Shown one piece after another: positions 1 to 10,726 of a DNA stretch of 64,000 nucleotides. The DNA comes from an uncultured Ulvibacter sp. (GTDB lineage Bacteria > Bacteroidota > Bacteroidia > Flavobacteriales > Flavobacteriaceae). Made by a program: the position numbers and the translations under genes. Location of the stretch: assembly GCA_913063405.1 (NCBI GenBank), contig CAJXZB010000013.1, forward strand, positions 13,317 to 77,316. The letters are read 5' to 3'. Position 1 is the stretch's first letter. The number at the start of each line of letters is the position of its first letter. The notes below the pieces were generated by a model. The model made no database searches and was not told where the DNA came from. It saw nothing but the letters and a program-made list of their open reading frames with translations.

Positions 1-1558
1 TTGGCACCAGTTTACCTTTGTCAGACCCAATAGTCTCGGTTAAGGTGTTGTCCTCTATCCCATTTTCTTGTAATGTAAGTTGCAAATACTTACGCTCAAC
101 TCCTTCTATGGTTCCTTTTTCAACATAATTACGATTAATAATTGTGGAAATAGTAGGTGCATAAGTAGAAGGTCGACCAATCCCCAATTCTTCTAATTGC
201 TTCACTAAAGAGGCCTCTGTAAATCGATACGGCGGCCGGGTAAATCTTTCGGTAGCAGTAATATACTTATTATCCAAAGGATTGCCGACAGTAAGTTTTG
301 GTAACATACCTTCTTGCTCCTCTTCTTCAAAATCAGTTCCTTCCAAATACACTTTTAAGAAACCATCAAATTTTATCATTTCTCCATTGGCAGTAAAATG
401 TTCTGAAATAGCTTCCGAACCATTTATCCCAATCTTCACATTCGTGCGCTCCAATTGGGCATCACTCATCTGAGAGGCAATGGTTCGCTTCCAAATCAAA
501 TCATACAAACGTCCTTGGTCATAATCTCCATCAATAGATTTACGCGACATATCTGTTGGACGAATAGCCTCATGAGCCTCTTGAGCTCCCTTAGATTTCC
601 CTTTATAATTTCTAGGTTTGCTATACTCGCTTCCGTATTGATTTGATATTTCCTTCTCAGCGGCTTCCTTGGCATCGTTCGAGAGATTTACACTATCTGT
701 TCTCATATAGGTAATGAGACCGGCTTCGTACAATCGTTGCGCAATCGTCATTGTTTTCCCAACTGAAAAATATAGTTTCCTTGCAGCCTCTTGCTGTAAT
801 GTAGAAGTTGTAAATGGTGCAGCCGGAGATTTTTTAGCGGGCTTTTTAATTAAATCTGAAACCTTATAAGACGCATTTACATTTTTTTTCAAAAATTCAC
901 GCGCAGCCACCTCAGTTTCAAAATTCTTTGGCAGTTTCGCTTTAAATTTATTTCCTTCCGAAGTAATAAACTCAGCATCAATTCTATATGAACGAACTGG
1001 TGTGAAAGCTTCGATTTCTCTTTCTCTTTCAACAATCAAACGCACTGCAACACTCTGAACACGACCAGCAGACAAACCTCCCTTTACTTTTCTCCACAAT
1101 ACTGGGGACAGTTCATATCCCACGAGTCGATCTAATACACGACGTGCCTGTTGCGCATTTACTAAGTTATAATCTATCTGCCGTGGATTTTCAATCGCTT
1201 TAAGAATAGCAGATTTGGTAATCTCATGAAAAACAATACGCTTGGTTTTGTCTTCCTTTAAACCAAGTTCTTCTGCAAGGTGCCAAGCAATGGCTTCCCC
1301 CTCTCGATCCTCATCACTTGCTAACCAAACCATTTCGGCCTTTTTTGAAAGTGATTTCAACTCTTTTACCAGTGCCTTTTTATCACTTGATATTATATAT
1401 TTTGGCGTAAAGTCTCCATCGACATCCACTCCTAACTCCTTAGAGGGTAGATCTGCAATATGCCCAAAGCTAGAAGAAACCTTGAAATCTTTTCCTAAAA
1501 ATTTTTCAATGGTTTTCGCTTTTGCAGGGGACTCAACAATCACTAAATTCTTGGCCAT
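1..1558 (-). CDS. topA: DNA topoisomerase I (3' end runs off the window)
   Basis: Read manually: ATG at 1558 gives MAKNLVIVESPAKAKTI; also contains the ASDEDREGEAIAWH, SAGRVQS and GLITYMRTDS motifs. Confidence 0.97.
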   Translation of the reverse strand, partial: MAKNLVIVESPAKAKTIEKFLGKDFKVSSSFGHIADLPSKELGVDVDGDFTPKYIISSDKKALVKELKSLSKKAEMVWLASDEDREGEAIAWHLAEELGLKEDKTKRIVFHEITKSAILKAIENPRQIDYNLVNAQQARRVLDRLVGYELSPVLWRKVKGGLSAGRVQSVAVRLIVEREREIEAFTPVRSYRIDAEFITSEGNKFKAKLPKNFETEVAAREFLKKNVNASYKVSDLIKKPAKKSPAAPFTTSTLQQEAARKLYFSVGKTMTIAQRLYEAGLITYMRTDSVNLSNDAKEAAEKEISNQYGSEYSKPRNYKGKSKGAQEAHEAIRPTDMSRKSIDGDYDQGRLYDLIWKRTIASQMSDAQLERTNVKIGINGSEAISEHFTANGEMIKFDGFLKVYLEGTDFEEEEQEGMLPKLTVGNPLDNKYITATERFTRPPYRFTEASLVKQLEELGIGRPSTYAPTISTIINRNYVEKGTIEGVERKYLQLTLQENGIEDNTLTETIGSDKGKLVP

Positions 1559-1656
1559 AGTTTTTTCGTTTGGGTTACAAAAGTATGTGATTTTTTTTTT
1601 AAGTTCTTTCTTTATCCAAAAATTAGCCTGTAATTAACGCCCTGAGCGATTCAATA

Positions 1657-2430
1657 TTATAGAGAGCCCACTCCCTTAATTTCGTCTAGAACATCCTCAA
1701 AACCAATTGTATCCTTGTACACATAATACATGGGAACATGTACAAAATAGGCCGTAAAAAAAACGCCAACAATGCAGAGTAGAATTCCCACCTGTGCAAT
1801 CATTGAAGAAATAATGACAAGTCCGAATATAATAATCCAAAACTTATTTCCCAGTTTAAAACTAGCCTTTAAAATATCACTCACAGAAAGCTCCTGCTGA
1901 AAAGCATAAAAAACAACTACCAATTGTAAAGGAACCATGACATAGAAAATTGGCAAATAGCATAACAAAGCCGCCAACATCATAATGCCTACCGAGGCCA
2001 AAGAAAGCATCAGTAGTTTTTTAAAATCTCTTTTAACAAACTCAAAGTATCCGCCAATTTCTTCAGAGGAACCAGTGTCAGCCTTTCTCAAAACTTGCAA
2101 AAAGTGCGCGGTAACCCCAAAGACAACCGTCTGCCCAAGAAACACAACCAAAAACACTAGTAAGGCATATAGTGCTATGTATGGAAGGTACTGAAGAAAG
2201 TCTGGCTCCTGGTAGTACCCATAACTATCATACTCCATTCCGTAAAACATAAATAGTATATAAGGCACATATATCACGAGAATCATGGGGATAACCACAA
2301 CCATTGTTATTAGCACATGATATAAAGCTTGCTCCCAAACTTTTTTGAAGAGTTCAAAACTTTTAGAGAGAATGTTACCAAAATTTGGGGTGTTTGCCTC
2401 TTCTATTTTCTCAAATATACCGTTATTCAT
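1657..2430 (-). CDS. Hypothetical integral membrane protein
   Basis: 257-aa ORF with several hydrophobic helices. Confidence 0.8.
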   Translation of the reverse strand: MNNGIFEKIEEANTPNFGNILSKSFELFKKVWEQALYHVLITMVVVIPMILVIYVPYILFMFYGMEYDSYGYYQEPDFLQYLPYIALYALLVFLVVFLGQTVVFGVTAHFLQVLRKADTGSSEEIGGYFEFVKRDFKKLLMLSLASVGIMMLAALLCYLPIFYVMVPLQLVVVFYAFQQELSVSDILKASFKLGNKFWIIIFGLVIISSMIAQVGILLCIVGVFFTAYFVHVPMYYVYKDTIGFEDVLDEIKGVGSL

Positions 2431-2477
2431 AGTCTCTCAGGTTATGTGTTAGCCCATAAAATTACAAAAAAGAAATC

Positions 2478-2516
2478 TGCCACTTTGTCATAATCGACAA
2501 TTTAATTGTAACTTTG
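2478..2516 (+). promoter_or_regulatory. Bacteroidota sigma70 promoter of the miaB operon (-33 TTTG 2484-2487; -7 TAACTTTG 2509-2516), overlapped by TGCCA-N3-TGTCA
   Basis: Matches the TTTG-N21-TAnnTTTG consensus. Confidence 0.65.
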
Positions 2517-2564
2517 CACGCTAATTGACTACTATTTATCACTAGTCAGTTTTGAGATTAGGAT

Positions 2565-4013
2565 ATGGAAGAAAAGATTATTGACGAAACAAAACAAGGA
2601 ATCGCTCTTTCCCTAGAATCGAAGGCCGAAAATACGCGCAAGCTATATATTGAAAGCTATGGCTGCCAAATGAATTTTAGCGATAGCGAAATAGTTGCCT
2701 CAATTTTAGTGAATCAAGGCTTTAATACCACCTCCAAACTTGAGGAAGCCGATCTAGTTCTTGTAAACACCTGTTCCATTCGTGATAAAGCAGAGCAAAC
2801 AGTTCGTAAACGTTTAGAAAAATACAATGCCATAAAAAGAATAAACCCTAGTATGAAAGTGGGCGTTTTAGGGTGTATGGCAGAACGCCTCAAAGAGAAA
2901 TTCTTGGACGAAGAGAAGATCGTTGATATGGTGGTAGGCCCAGATGCCTACAAAGATCTTCCTAATTTACTCAAAGAAATTGATGCTGGACGGGATGCTG
3001 TAAATGTGGTATTATCAAAAGACGAAACTTATGGTGATATTTCTCCTGTTCGTTTAGGCACCAATGGCATTAATGCGCTTGTAAGTATTACACGTGGTTG
3101 CGACAACATGTGTACTTTTTGCGTGGTTCCGTTTACCCGTGGAAGAGAACGCAGTCGAGATCCACGGAGTATCTTGGAGGAGATAAATGATCTTGCGCAA
3201 AAAGGATACAAGGAAATAACACTTCTAGGACAGAATGTGGATAGTTATTTGTGGTATGGTGGTGGACTGAAAAAAGATTTTAAAAATGCTTCGGAAATGG
3301 AAAAGGCTACAGCAACGTCCTTTTCAGGTTTACTAGCAATGGTAGCTGAAGCCCAACCCAAACTTAGAATTCGATTTTCTACGTCAAATCCACAGGATAT
3401 GACCGAAGATGTTTTGCACACCGTTGCTAAATATCAAAATATCTGTAATTATATTCACTTGCCTGTTCAAAGTGGAAGCACACGCATCTTAAAAGAGATG
3501 AACCGTCAACATACACGAGAAGAATATATTGAGTTGATTGATAAAATTCATGAAATCATTCCGGGTTGTGGTATTTCCCAAGACTTGATTACTGGATTCC
3601 CTACTGAAACTGAAGAAGATCATCAAGACACATTGAGTTTAATGGAATATGTGAAGTACTATTTTGGCTTTATGTTTAAATATTCAGAAAGACCCGGAAC
3701 CACGGCAGCACGTAAACTCAAGGACGACATTCCTGAAGAAATTAAAAAACAACGCCTTACCGAAATTGTAGATGCACAAAGAAAACACAGTGCGTATCGC
3801 ACCAACCAATTTCTGGGAAAAACGGTAGAGGTATTAATAGAGCGCGAGTCGAAAAAGAGTGATGCCCAATGGAGTGGTCGAAACCCTCAAAGTCTGGTTG
3901 TAGTATTCCCGAAGGAAAGCTACAAATTAGGTGATTTTGTAATGGTAAAAATAGCAGATTGTACAAGTGCTACACTAATTGGGGAACCAGTTGGATATAG
4001 CAGTAACAATTAA
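2565..4013 (+). CDS. miaB: tRNA methylthiotransferase MiaB
   Basis: SYGCQMN UPF0004 domain, radical [11 protein letters not shown] motif, C-terminal TRAM domain. Confidence 0.97.
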   Translation: MEEKIIDETKQGIALSLESKAENTRKLYIESYGCQMNFSDSEIVASILVNQGFNTTSKLEEADLVLVNTCSIRDKAEQTVRKRLEKYNAIKRINPSMKVGVLGCMAERLKEKFLDEEKIVDMVVGPDAYKDLPNLLKEIDAGRDAVNVVLSKDETYGDISPVRLGTNGINALVSITRGCDNMCTFCVVPFTRGRERSRDPRSILEEINDLAQKGYKEITLLGQNVDSYLWYGGGLKKDFKNASEMEKATATSFSGLLAMVAEAQPKLRIRFSTSNPQDMTEDVLHTVAKYQNICNYIHLPVQSGSTRILKEMNRQHTREEYIELIDKIHEIIPGCGISQDLITGFPTETEEDHQDTLSLMEYVKYYFGFMFKYSERPGTTAARKLKDDIPEEIKKQRLTEIVDAQRKHSAYRTNQFLGKTVEVLIERESKKSDAQWSGRNPQSLVVVFPKESYKLGDFVMVKIADCTSATLIGEPVGYSSNN

Positions 4014-4022
4014 AAAGAAACA

Positions 4023-5324
4023 ATGGAGAACATTCAAGCAGTAAAACAACGATTTGGAATTATAGGGAATGATCCTAAACTCAGCCGTGCAGTGGAAAAA
4101 GCGGTACAGGTTGCTCCTACAGATATTTCTGTTTTAGTGACTGGAGAGAGTGGCGTTGGAAAAGAAAGTATTCCAAAAATTATACATTCATTGTCGCACC
4201 GAAAACATGCAAAATATATTGCCGTAAACTGTGGAGCGATTCCAGAAGGAACTATTGATAGTGAACTTTTTGGTCACGAAAAAGGGGCTTTTACAGGAGC
4301 TACTTCTACGAGAAGCGGTTATTTTGAGGTAGCAGATGGTGGAACAATATTCTTAGATGAAGTGGGTGAACTACCTCTTCCAACTCAAGTGCGTTTGCTG
4401 CGTGTTTTGGAAAATGGAGAGTTCTTAAAAGTGGGATCTTCTCAGATTCAAAAAACAGATGTACGTATTGTTGCGGCTACCAATGTGAAAATGGTAGAAG
4501 CAATCAATAAAGGAAAATTTCGAGAAGATCTTTATTATCGTTTAAGCACTGTAGAAATTAATCTTCCAGCGCTAAGAGCTCGTAGCGAAGACATTCACCT
4601 GTTATTTAGAAAGTTTGCTTCAGATTTTGCGCAAAAATATAAAATGCCAACCATTCGTTTGGATGAAGCTGCCACCGATTTATTATTAAAATATCGTTGG
4701 AGCGGAAATATTCGTCAGTTACGAAATGTAGCTGAACAGGTTTCAGTCTTAGAACAAAATAGAAGCATCAATTACGAAACACTGCGCCATTACTTGCCAG
4801 ATATGGGTGCCAACCTTCCTGCGGTTGTAAACACCAAGAAGTCTGAAGGAGATTTTAGCAGTGAACGTGAGATTTTATATAAGGTTCTATTCGATATGAA
4901 ACGTGACGTAAACGATCTCAAGAAGCTCACTTTAGAGCTAATGAAAACAGGAAGTGCTGCAAAAGTGAAGGAGGAAAATTCGTCACTTATTAATAAAATC
5001 TATTCAGAAGAAGAAAACGAAAAAACCCTAGCTTCCTTTGTAGAAACGGAAACCACATCACCTCATACAAGTGATGTTGAAGTAATCAATATTCCGGAAG
5101 TGGCATTAGAAACATACGATGCCGGCCAAAACGAGCCTAAAAAAGACAACTACCATTTCGCTGAAGAAATTGAAGAGGAAGAAAACTTGTCGCTTCAGCA
5201 AAAAGAATTAGAACTTATTAAAAAATCATTGGAGAAATACCAAGGAAAGCGCAAAGATGCGGCAGATGAATTGGGAATTTCAGAAAGAACCCTATATCGA
5301 AAAATTAAACAATATAATTTGTAA
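4023..5324 (+). CDS. Sigma54-dependent AAA+ transcriptional activator (Fis-type HTH, no N-terminal sensor domain)
   Basis: GESGVGKE Walker A, GAFTGA loop, FLDEVGE Walker B, C-terminal AADELGISERTLYRK HTH. Confidence 0.93.
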   Translation: MENIQAVKQRFGIIGNDPKLSRAVEKAVQVAPTDISVLVTGESGVGKESIPKIIHSLSHRKHAKYIAVNCGAIPEGTIDSELFGHEKGAFTGATSTRSGYFEVADGGTIFLDEVGELPLPTQVRLLRVLENGEFLKVGSSQIQKTDVRIVAATNVKMVEAINKGKFREDLYYRLSTVEINLPALRARSEDIHLLFRKFASDFAQKYKMPTIRLDEAATDLLLKYRWSGNIRQLRNVAEQVSVLEQNRSINYETLRHYLPDMGANLPAVVNTKKSEGDFSSEREILYKVLFDMKRDVNDLKKLTLELMKTGSAAKVKEENSSLINKIYSEEENEKTLASFVETETTSPHTSDVEVINIPEVALETYDAGQNEPKKDNYHFAEEIEEEENLSLQQKELELIKKSLEKYQGKRKDAADELGISERTLYRKIKQYNL

Positions 5325-5352
5325 TTTGCGAACTGCCCTTCCAATAAAATTT

Positions 5353-5865
5353 ATGAAGCATCTGAAGCATATTTTTTTTATTCTTATCGCAATAGGCATA
5401 ACTCAAAGTTGTGGTGTTTATTCGTTTACAGGAGCCGATATTGATTATGCCAGTACCAGGACATTTCAAGTAAGTTACTTTCAAAACAATGCGCCCATTA
5501 TTGAACCAGGAATTGATCGTGATTTTACAGTAAATCTTCAAGATTTATTGCTAAATCAAACGAGTTTAGATCTTGTAAATAATAATGGAGATTTGGTTTT
5601 TGAAGGTGAAATTGTACAGTATTATGTGGCTCCTATTACAGCGACATCTCAAAGTACAGCGGCTCAAAACCGACTTACTATTGGAATAAATGTGCGTTTT
5701 TACAATACGAAAGACAGCGAGAAAGATTTTGAGCAACGCTTCTCTTTTTATTACGACTACCCAGGAAGTTCGCAGCTCACTGGATCTACCCTAGACACTG
5801 CCTTGGAAGCGATTTTTGAACGAATCACTCAGGATATTTTTAATAAATCATTGGCCAATTGGTAA
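5353..5865 (+). CDS. lptE: LptE family LPS assembly lipoprotein
   Basis: Start trimmed to ATG 5353; lipobox TQSC followed by GVYSFTGA; ends IFNKSLANW. Confidence 0.8.
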   Translation: MKHLKHIFFILIAIGITQSCGVYSFTGADIDYASTRTFQVSYFQNNAPIIEPGIDRDFTVNLQDLLLNQTSLDLVNNNGDLVFEGEIVQYYVAPITATSQSTAAQNRLTIGINVRFYNTKDSEKDFEQRFSFYYDYPGSSQLTGSTLDTALEAIFERITQDIFNKSLANW

Positions 5866-5869
5866 TATT

Positions 5870-6823
5870 TTGAATAGCGAATCCTATACATATCTATTAG
5901 CAAATCCTCAAAAAATAAGTGAGGAGGATATGGCTATGTTAGCTTCAGTAATCGAAAAATATCCTTATTTTCAAAGTGCCCGTGCGCTTCAACTAAAAGG
6001 CTTAAAAAATGATAAAAGCTTTTTGTATAATGACGCACTTAAAGTAACGGCAGCCTATACAACAGAACGTGACATTCTTTTTGAATATATTACTTCGGAA
6101 AAGTTCATTCAAAATGAAATCTCCCAAGCAATTTTGCAACACGATGCGGCGATAAATGAAATTGAAGTAATTACTGAGGTTCTTTCAGAATCAATGAGCA
6201 TTATGCTAGACAAGCAGATCAAAGACGAAATTAAAAAAGCAGAAGCTATTTTAGACCCCCACTTATTTGAGCGTAAATTTACATCTATTTCGGACGTATT
6301 GGGAAGTAAAGAAGAAGCTTCAAAAGAGAATCAAGAGGAGGCCATTGAGAAGGAATCAACACCTAAAGTTGAAGCAGTCGATATCCTAAAAATTGATAAG
6401 CCCCTTGAATTCACTAAGGAAGATACACATTCATTTAGTCAATGGCTTCAGCTTACAAAAACGAAACCCATAAATCGTTCTACCAAACAAACTACCAAGG
6501 AAGAAATTTCAGAAACCGAGGCACAAATTGAGAAGGAACGTAAGTTTGATCTGATTGAAAAATTCATTCAGAAAAAACCGAAACTGGCTCCTAAGGAAAT
6601 AACGTCAAAACCAGTTGAAAACAAAAATCTCGCTTCGGCTTACACACAAACACCTAGTGTGCTAATGACAGAGACTTTGGCGAAGGTTTATTTGCAACAA
6701 AAGAACTACAAAAAAGCAATTCAAGCATATAAAATTTTAATTTTGAAATATCCCGAAAAAAGTGGTTTCTTTGCAGACCAAATTCGGGCAATCGAAAAAT
6801 TGATAAATACAGAAGAGAAATGA
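5870..6823 (+). CDS. Conserved hypothetical protein with C-terminal TPR-like motif
   Basis: Probable TTG start at 5870; YPYFQ and TETLAKVY..Q..Y.KAI..Y..L.LKYPEKS motifs typical of the gene upstream of secG. Confidence 0.8.
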   Translation: MNSESYTYLLANPQKISEEDMAMLASVIEKYPYFQSARALQLKGLKNDKSFLYNDALKVTAAYTTERDILFEYITSEKFIQNEISQAILQHDAAINEIEVITEVLSESMSIMLDKQIKDEIKKAEAILDPHLFERKFTSISDVLGSKEEASKENQEEAIEKESTPKVEAVDILKIDKPLEFTKEDTHSFSQWLQLTKTKPINRSTKQTTKEEISETEAQIEKERKFDLIEKFIQKKPKLAPKEITSKPVENKNLASAYTQTPSVLMTETLAKVYLQQKNYKKAIQAYKILILKYPEKSGFFADQIRAIEKLINTEEK

Positions 6824-7167
6824 GCACGTTTACAATATTTTTAGTTTTAATCATGATCGTAGCATTTTTATTGGTCGTGATAATTATGGTACAAAATCCA
6901 AAAGGTGGAGGTTTAGCATCTTCTTTTGGAGGTGGTGGAACTCAGCAAATGGGAGGAGTTCAAAAAACGACAGACTTCCTAGACAAGAGTACTTGGACAT
7001 TGTCTATCCTAATGATCGCTTTAATCTTGCTTTCTAACATTCCAATTATGGGCGGAGGAGCAAATCAATCTAAAGCATTTGATGAGGATGCGATCCAAAA
7101 TGTAATCCCAACAACAACAGATACCCCAGTGGACACGTCAACTGACACGACTGGTGATGGTGAATAA
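6820..7167 (+). CDS. secG: Preprotein translocase subunit SecG
   Basis: VQNPKGGGLASSFGG loop between two TM helices. Confidence 0.93.
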   Translation: MSTFTIFLVLIMIVAFLLVVIIMVQNPKGGGLASSFGGGGTQQMGGVQKTTDFLDKSTWTLSILMIALILLSNIPIMGGGANQSKAFDEDAIQNVIPTTTDTPVDTSTDTTGDGE

Positions 7168-7191
7168 TCTGTCAAAACATAATTAACAAAT

Positions 7192-7221
7192 ATGCCAGCT
7201 TGTCAGAAGCTGGCATTTTTT
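7192..7221 (+). terminator. Intrinsic terminator after secG
   Basis: ATGCCAGCTT-gtcag-AAGCTGGCAT stem followed by a T run. Confidence 0.8.
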
Positions 7222-7248
7222 GTTTTATAAATGTCAGTTTTAATGCAA

Positions 7249-7263
7249 TGGCATAATTTCTGA
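7249..7263 (+). promoter_or_regulatory. Putative sigma54-like -24/-12 element upstream of groES
   Basis: TGGCATAATTTCTGA = GG-N10-GA (canonical is GG-N10-GC). Confidence 0.4.
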
Positions 7264-7340
7264 CTTGTAGCAAGCATACTAATTAAACAAAAGTTTAACC
7301 TGCCCTTCGTTCAGGCGGGCAATATAAAATTACATAGAAA

Positions 7341-7616
7341 ATGGCATTAAAAATTCAACCACTTTCAGACAGAGTTTTGGTACAGCCACAAGAGGCAGAA
7401 ACTAAAACGGCATCTGGATTGTACATTCCAGATTCAGCTAAGGAAAAACCACAACAAGGTAAAGTAGTAGCCGTTGGGAAAGGGAAAGAAGACCACAAAA
7501 TGACAGTTAAAGTTGGAGACATCGTTTTATACGGAAAATACTCTGGAAGCGAACTAAAATTTGATGGTAAAGACTACCTCATCATGCGTGAAGAAGATAT
7601 TCTTGCAATTATCTAA
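7341..7616 (+). CDS. groES: Co-chaperonin GroES
   Basis: [26 protein letters not shown]. Confidence 0.98.
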   Translation: MALKIQPLSDRVLVQPQEAETKTASGLYIPDSAKEKPQQGKVVAVGKGKEDHKMTVKVGDIVLYGKYSGSELKFDGKDYLIMREEDILAII

Positions 7617-7646
7617 TTGAATTAAAAACACAAAAAAGCAAAAACA

Positions 7647-9275
7647 ATGGCAAAAGATATAAAATTTGATGTAGAAGCTCGCGACGGTATTAAGCGCGGT
7701 GTTGATGCATTGACAGATGCAGTAAAAGTAACTCTAGGTCCTAGAGGACGAAATGTAATTATCAGTAAATCATTTGGAGCTCCACAAGTAACTAAAGATG
7801 GAGTTACTGTAGCCAAAGAAATTGAATTGGAAGACCCTCTTGAAAACATGGGCGCGCAAATGGTTAAGGAAGTAGCTTCTAAAACCAACGATCTTGCAGG
7901 TGATGGAACTACAACTGCTACTGTTTTAGCTCAGGCAATTGTAAAAGAAGGTTTAAAGAATGTTGCTGCCGGCGCAAATCCTATGGATTTGAAACGTGGT
8001 ATCGACAAAGCAGTTGAGGCTATTGTTAAAGATCTTGAAAAGCAAGCAACTAAAGTTGGGAACTCTTCCGAAATGATCAAACAAGTCGCTTCTATTTCAG
8101 CGAATAACGACGGAATGATTGGCGATCTAATCGCTAAAGCATTTGGTAAAGTTGGAAAAGAAGGGGTAATCACTGTTGAAGAGGCTAAAGGAACTGAAAC
8201 TTATGTGGATGTTGTTGAAGGAATGCAGTTTGATAAAGGATACCTTTCTCCTTACTTCGTTACAGACAGTGAAAAAATGCAAACAGAATTAGAGAATCCT
8301 ATGATTCTTTTATACGACAAGAAGATCTCTTCAATGAAGGATTTGCTTCCTGTTTTAGAGCCTGTTGCACAACAAGGAAAGTCATTATTAATCATCGCTG
8401 AAGATGTTGATGGTGAAGCACTAGCTACTTTGGTTGTAAATAAATTACGTGGTTCTTTAAAAATTGCAGCTGTAAAAGCACCAGGTTTTGGAGACAGACG
8501 TAAAGCAATGCTAGAAGATATTGCAATCTTAACTGGGGGAACTGTTATTTCTGAAGAAAGAGGGTTTACATTAGAGAATACTACTGTTGAAATGTTGGGT
8601 ACTGCTGAAACAGTAACGATTGACAAAGACAATACGACGCTTGTAAATGGTGCAGGTAAAAAGAATGACATCAAAGCACGTGTTAATCAGATAAAATCTC
8701 AAATTGAAACTACAACAAGCGACTACGATAAAGAGAAACTACAGGAACGTTTGGCTAAGTTAGCCGGTGGTGTTGCTGTACTTTATGTAGGTGCTGCTTC
8801 TGAAGTGGAAATGAAAGAAAAGAAAGACCGCGTAGATGATGCACTTCACGCAACTCGCGCAGCAGTTGAAGAAGGAATTGTTGCTGGAGGTGGTGTTTCC
8901 TTGGTCCGCGCTAAATCTGCTCTTGAAAAGATAACTACAGATGCATTAGATGAGGTTACTGGCGTTCAAATTGTAGCAAAAGCTATAGAATCTCCTTTAC
9001 GCACCATTGTTGAAAATGCTGGCGGTGAAGGCTCGGTTGTTGTAAACAAGGTGATGGAAGGAAAGAAAAACTTTGGGTATGACGCTAAGACTGAAAGTTA
9101 TGTAGATATGCTTAAAGCAGGTATTATCGATCCTAAGAAAGTAACACGTATCGCATTGGAAAATGCTGCTTCTGTCGCTGGAATGATCCTTACTACAGAG
9201 TGTGCTTTGGTCGATATTAAAGAAGACGCTCCGGCGATGCCTCCTATGGGTGGCGGAATGCCAGGAATGATGTAG
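7647..9275 (+). CDS. groEL: Chaperonin GroEL
   Basis: [12 protein letters not shown] motif and GGM tail; 542 aa. Confidence 0.99.
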   Translation: MAKDIKFDVEARDGIKRGVDALTDAVKVTLGPRGRNVIISKSFGAPQVTKDGVTVAKEIELEDPLENMGAQMVKEVASKTNDLAGDGTTTATVLAQAIVKEGLKNVAAGANPMDLKRGIDKAVEAIVKDLEKQATKVGNSSEMIKQVASISANNDGMIGDLIAKAFGKVGKEGVITVEEAKGTETYVDVVEGMQFDKGYLSPYFVTDSEKMQTELENPMILLYDKKISSMKDLLPVLEPVAQQGKSLLIIAEDVDGEALATLVVNKLRGSLKIAAVKAPGFGDRRKAMLEDIAILTGGTVISEERGFTLENTTVEMLGTAETVTIDKDNTTLVNGAGKKNDIKARVNQIKSQIETTTSDYDKEKLQERLAKLAGGVAVLYVGAASEVEMKEKKDRVDDALHATRAAVEEGIVAGGGVSLVRAKSALEKITTDALDEVTGVQIVAKAIESPLRTIVENAGGEGSVVVNKVMEGKKNFGYDAKTESYVDMLKAGIIDPKKVTRIALENAASVAGMILTTECALVDIKEDAPAMPPMGGGMPGMM

Positions 9276-9323
9276 TGGTGTGAATCGCCACGGATAAATA
9301 AAAGTAGTTTTTCTGCTTCTAAG

Positions 9324-9356
9324 AAGGTCTCTGTTTTTTTTGCTGAGACCTTTTTT
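9324..9356 (+). terminator. Intrinsic terminator after groEL
   Basis: AAGGTCTC...GAGACCTT stem followed by a T run. Confidence 0.75.
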
Positions 9357-9437
9357 AATGCCCTTTTTTAGCTTCAGTGAAAGAAAGTTTTTTATATCCT
9401 ATTATTTCATAGCTTTAATGCATCTAACCGTCACGTA

Positions 9438-10091
9438 ATGAAAAAGATAAACTGGAAATACGCGTTTGGTGAAATCCTCATCGTAATTATTGGTATTTCT
9501 ATTGCATTTGCTATGAATAAGTGTGCAACCGATTCTAAAAACGAAAAGGAAAAAAGCAGTATTTGGTCAATCTTAAAAGCGATGTGGAATCCAATAAAAC
9601 ACAGTTAAAGGCAAATCTGGTAGAAATAGAGCGCAAGTTCAATACTACCGATAAGATTCTCCCTCTTTTGGGAACAAATGCTCAAAATAAAATGAGTATA
9701 GTAAGCGATATTTTTAGCATTTCGACACTTACCAGTTTCGAATCTAATGATATTACCTACCAGACATTAATCAATTCTGGTGATCTTAAATTAATTAATG
9801 ATCTTGCCCTTAAAACAGCTATTGAGGAACACTATTCCCAGTATAAAATAATGCTAAAAGATTATGAACGTCAAGAGAATATTCATAAAGAATATTTAGG
9901 GGGCTACTTTATCCATAATGTGGACTTTGATGCTTTTAAAAAAAGGTGAGTTTGGGTTCAAAAATGAAAAACTCTTAAAAAATATTATCCAGAGCATGAA
10001 AGGATCTTTCGGTATTAAAATGAAGGCCACCAGCAAGGGTATTGCTCATTGCGAAAGTTTAATTAAAAAACTCGATCTGGCATTGAATTAA
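9438..10091 (+). pseudogene. DUF6090-like membrane-anchored protein interrupted by two compensating frameshifts
   Basis: ATG 9438 gives MKKINWKYAFGEILIVIIGISIAF; continues in the 9563 frame; returns to the first frame (GEFGF...LALN*, stop 10089-10091). Confidence 0.75.
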
Positions 10092-10298
10092 CTATTCTCT
10101 CCTAAAAACCCTAAACAAGGAAACAGCTACAAGGGTAAGCACCACGGGCCAAATAACGAACAAATCTGTACGCATAACATTCTCACCGCCATCGGGCTGA
10201 AAAGACAACCATTGCTGCATATAATATTCCCAAACAACTGCTGCTATTATAACAGCAAGGGTAATGATATATAAAAGTGTTTTTGGTTTTAAGATCAT
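10092..10298 (-). CDS. Small two-TM hypothetical protein
   Basis: ATG 10298; two hydrophobic helices with an RTDLFVIWP motif. Confidence 0.7.
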   Translation of the reverse strand: MILKPKTLLYIITLAVIIAAVVWEYYMQQWLSFQPDGGENVMRTDLFVIWPVVLTLVAVSLFRVFRRE

Positions 10299-10313
10299 CC
10301 TATAAAAATACAA

Positions 10314-10345
10314 AAAACCATTCCGACTTAAGTCGGAATGGTTTT
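10314..10345 (-). terminator. Intrinsic terminator of the first metal operon (perfect 32-bp palindrome)
   Basis: AAAACCATTCCGACTT|AAGTCGGAATGGTTTT, with a T run on the minus strand. Confidence 0.85.
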
Positions 10346-10366
10346 CATTTCTAGTTAATTACTTTT

Positions 10367-10723
10367 CTAGTTCTCGTGATCTTTCTTTACAGCTTCATCG
10401 CGATATTTGCAACAGTTGTGTACAGTTCCGTAAGCCTCATCGGTGGCTATTATTGCCTTAGTATCGTGACCAACGTTGGCAATACTTTGACTAATAGTCT
10501 CTAGATTTGTTTTACGTTCATCAAAGATCAACTTGAGTTCGTGAGTTTTCACATCCCAAACGGCAGATTTAACTCCTTTGGTCCGCACTGCGGCCTTTTC
10601 AATACGCTCTTTACACATCATACAAACGCCATCGACTTCTATAGTAGATTTCGCATTCTTATTTTGAGCAAACGAAGTTATTCCAATAAACATCAGAATA
10701 ATAACTATAATAAACTTTTTCAT
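10367..10723 (-). CDS. Exported heavy-metal-associated (HMA) domain protein
   Basis: Signal peptide, GVCMMC metal motif, C-terminal HNCCKY. Confidence 0.9.
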   Translation of the reverse strand: MKKFIIVIILMFIGITSFAQNKNAKSTIEVDGVCMMCKERIEKAAVRTKGVKSAVWDVKTHELKLIFDERKTNLETISQSIANVGHDTKAIIATDEAYGTVHNCCKYRDEAVKKDHEN

Positions 10724-10726
10724 ATC

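Noticed and set aside
282-1637. Plus-strand ORFs 282-473, 455-646 and 1242-1637
   Set aside because: Antisense shadows of topA, which the ORF track missed because it runs off the window
7299-7320. Hairpin in the groES leader as an RNA thermometer or CIRCE
   Set aside because: No CIRCE consensus, and it does not cover the start region; a short stem only
7622-8674. Minus-strand ORFs inside groEL, and similar short ORFs opposite other long genes
   Set aside because: Codon-bias shadows with no recognisable motifs
9544-9557. Programmed -1 ribosomal frameshift
   Set aside because: Zero-frame codons are GAA AAA AGC, which do not form an X XXY YYZ heptamer, and a second opposite shift would still be needed
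10314-10345. Perfect palindrome as an operator or mobile-element end
   Set aside because: Position after the operon's last gene and the flanking T run are fully explained by a terminator
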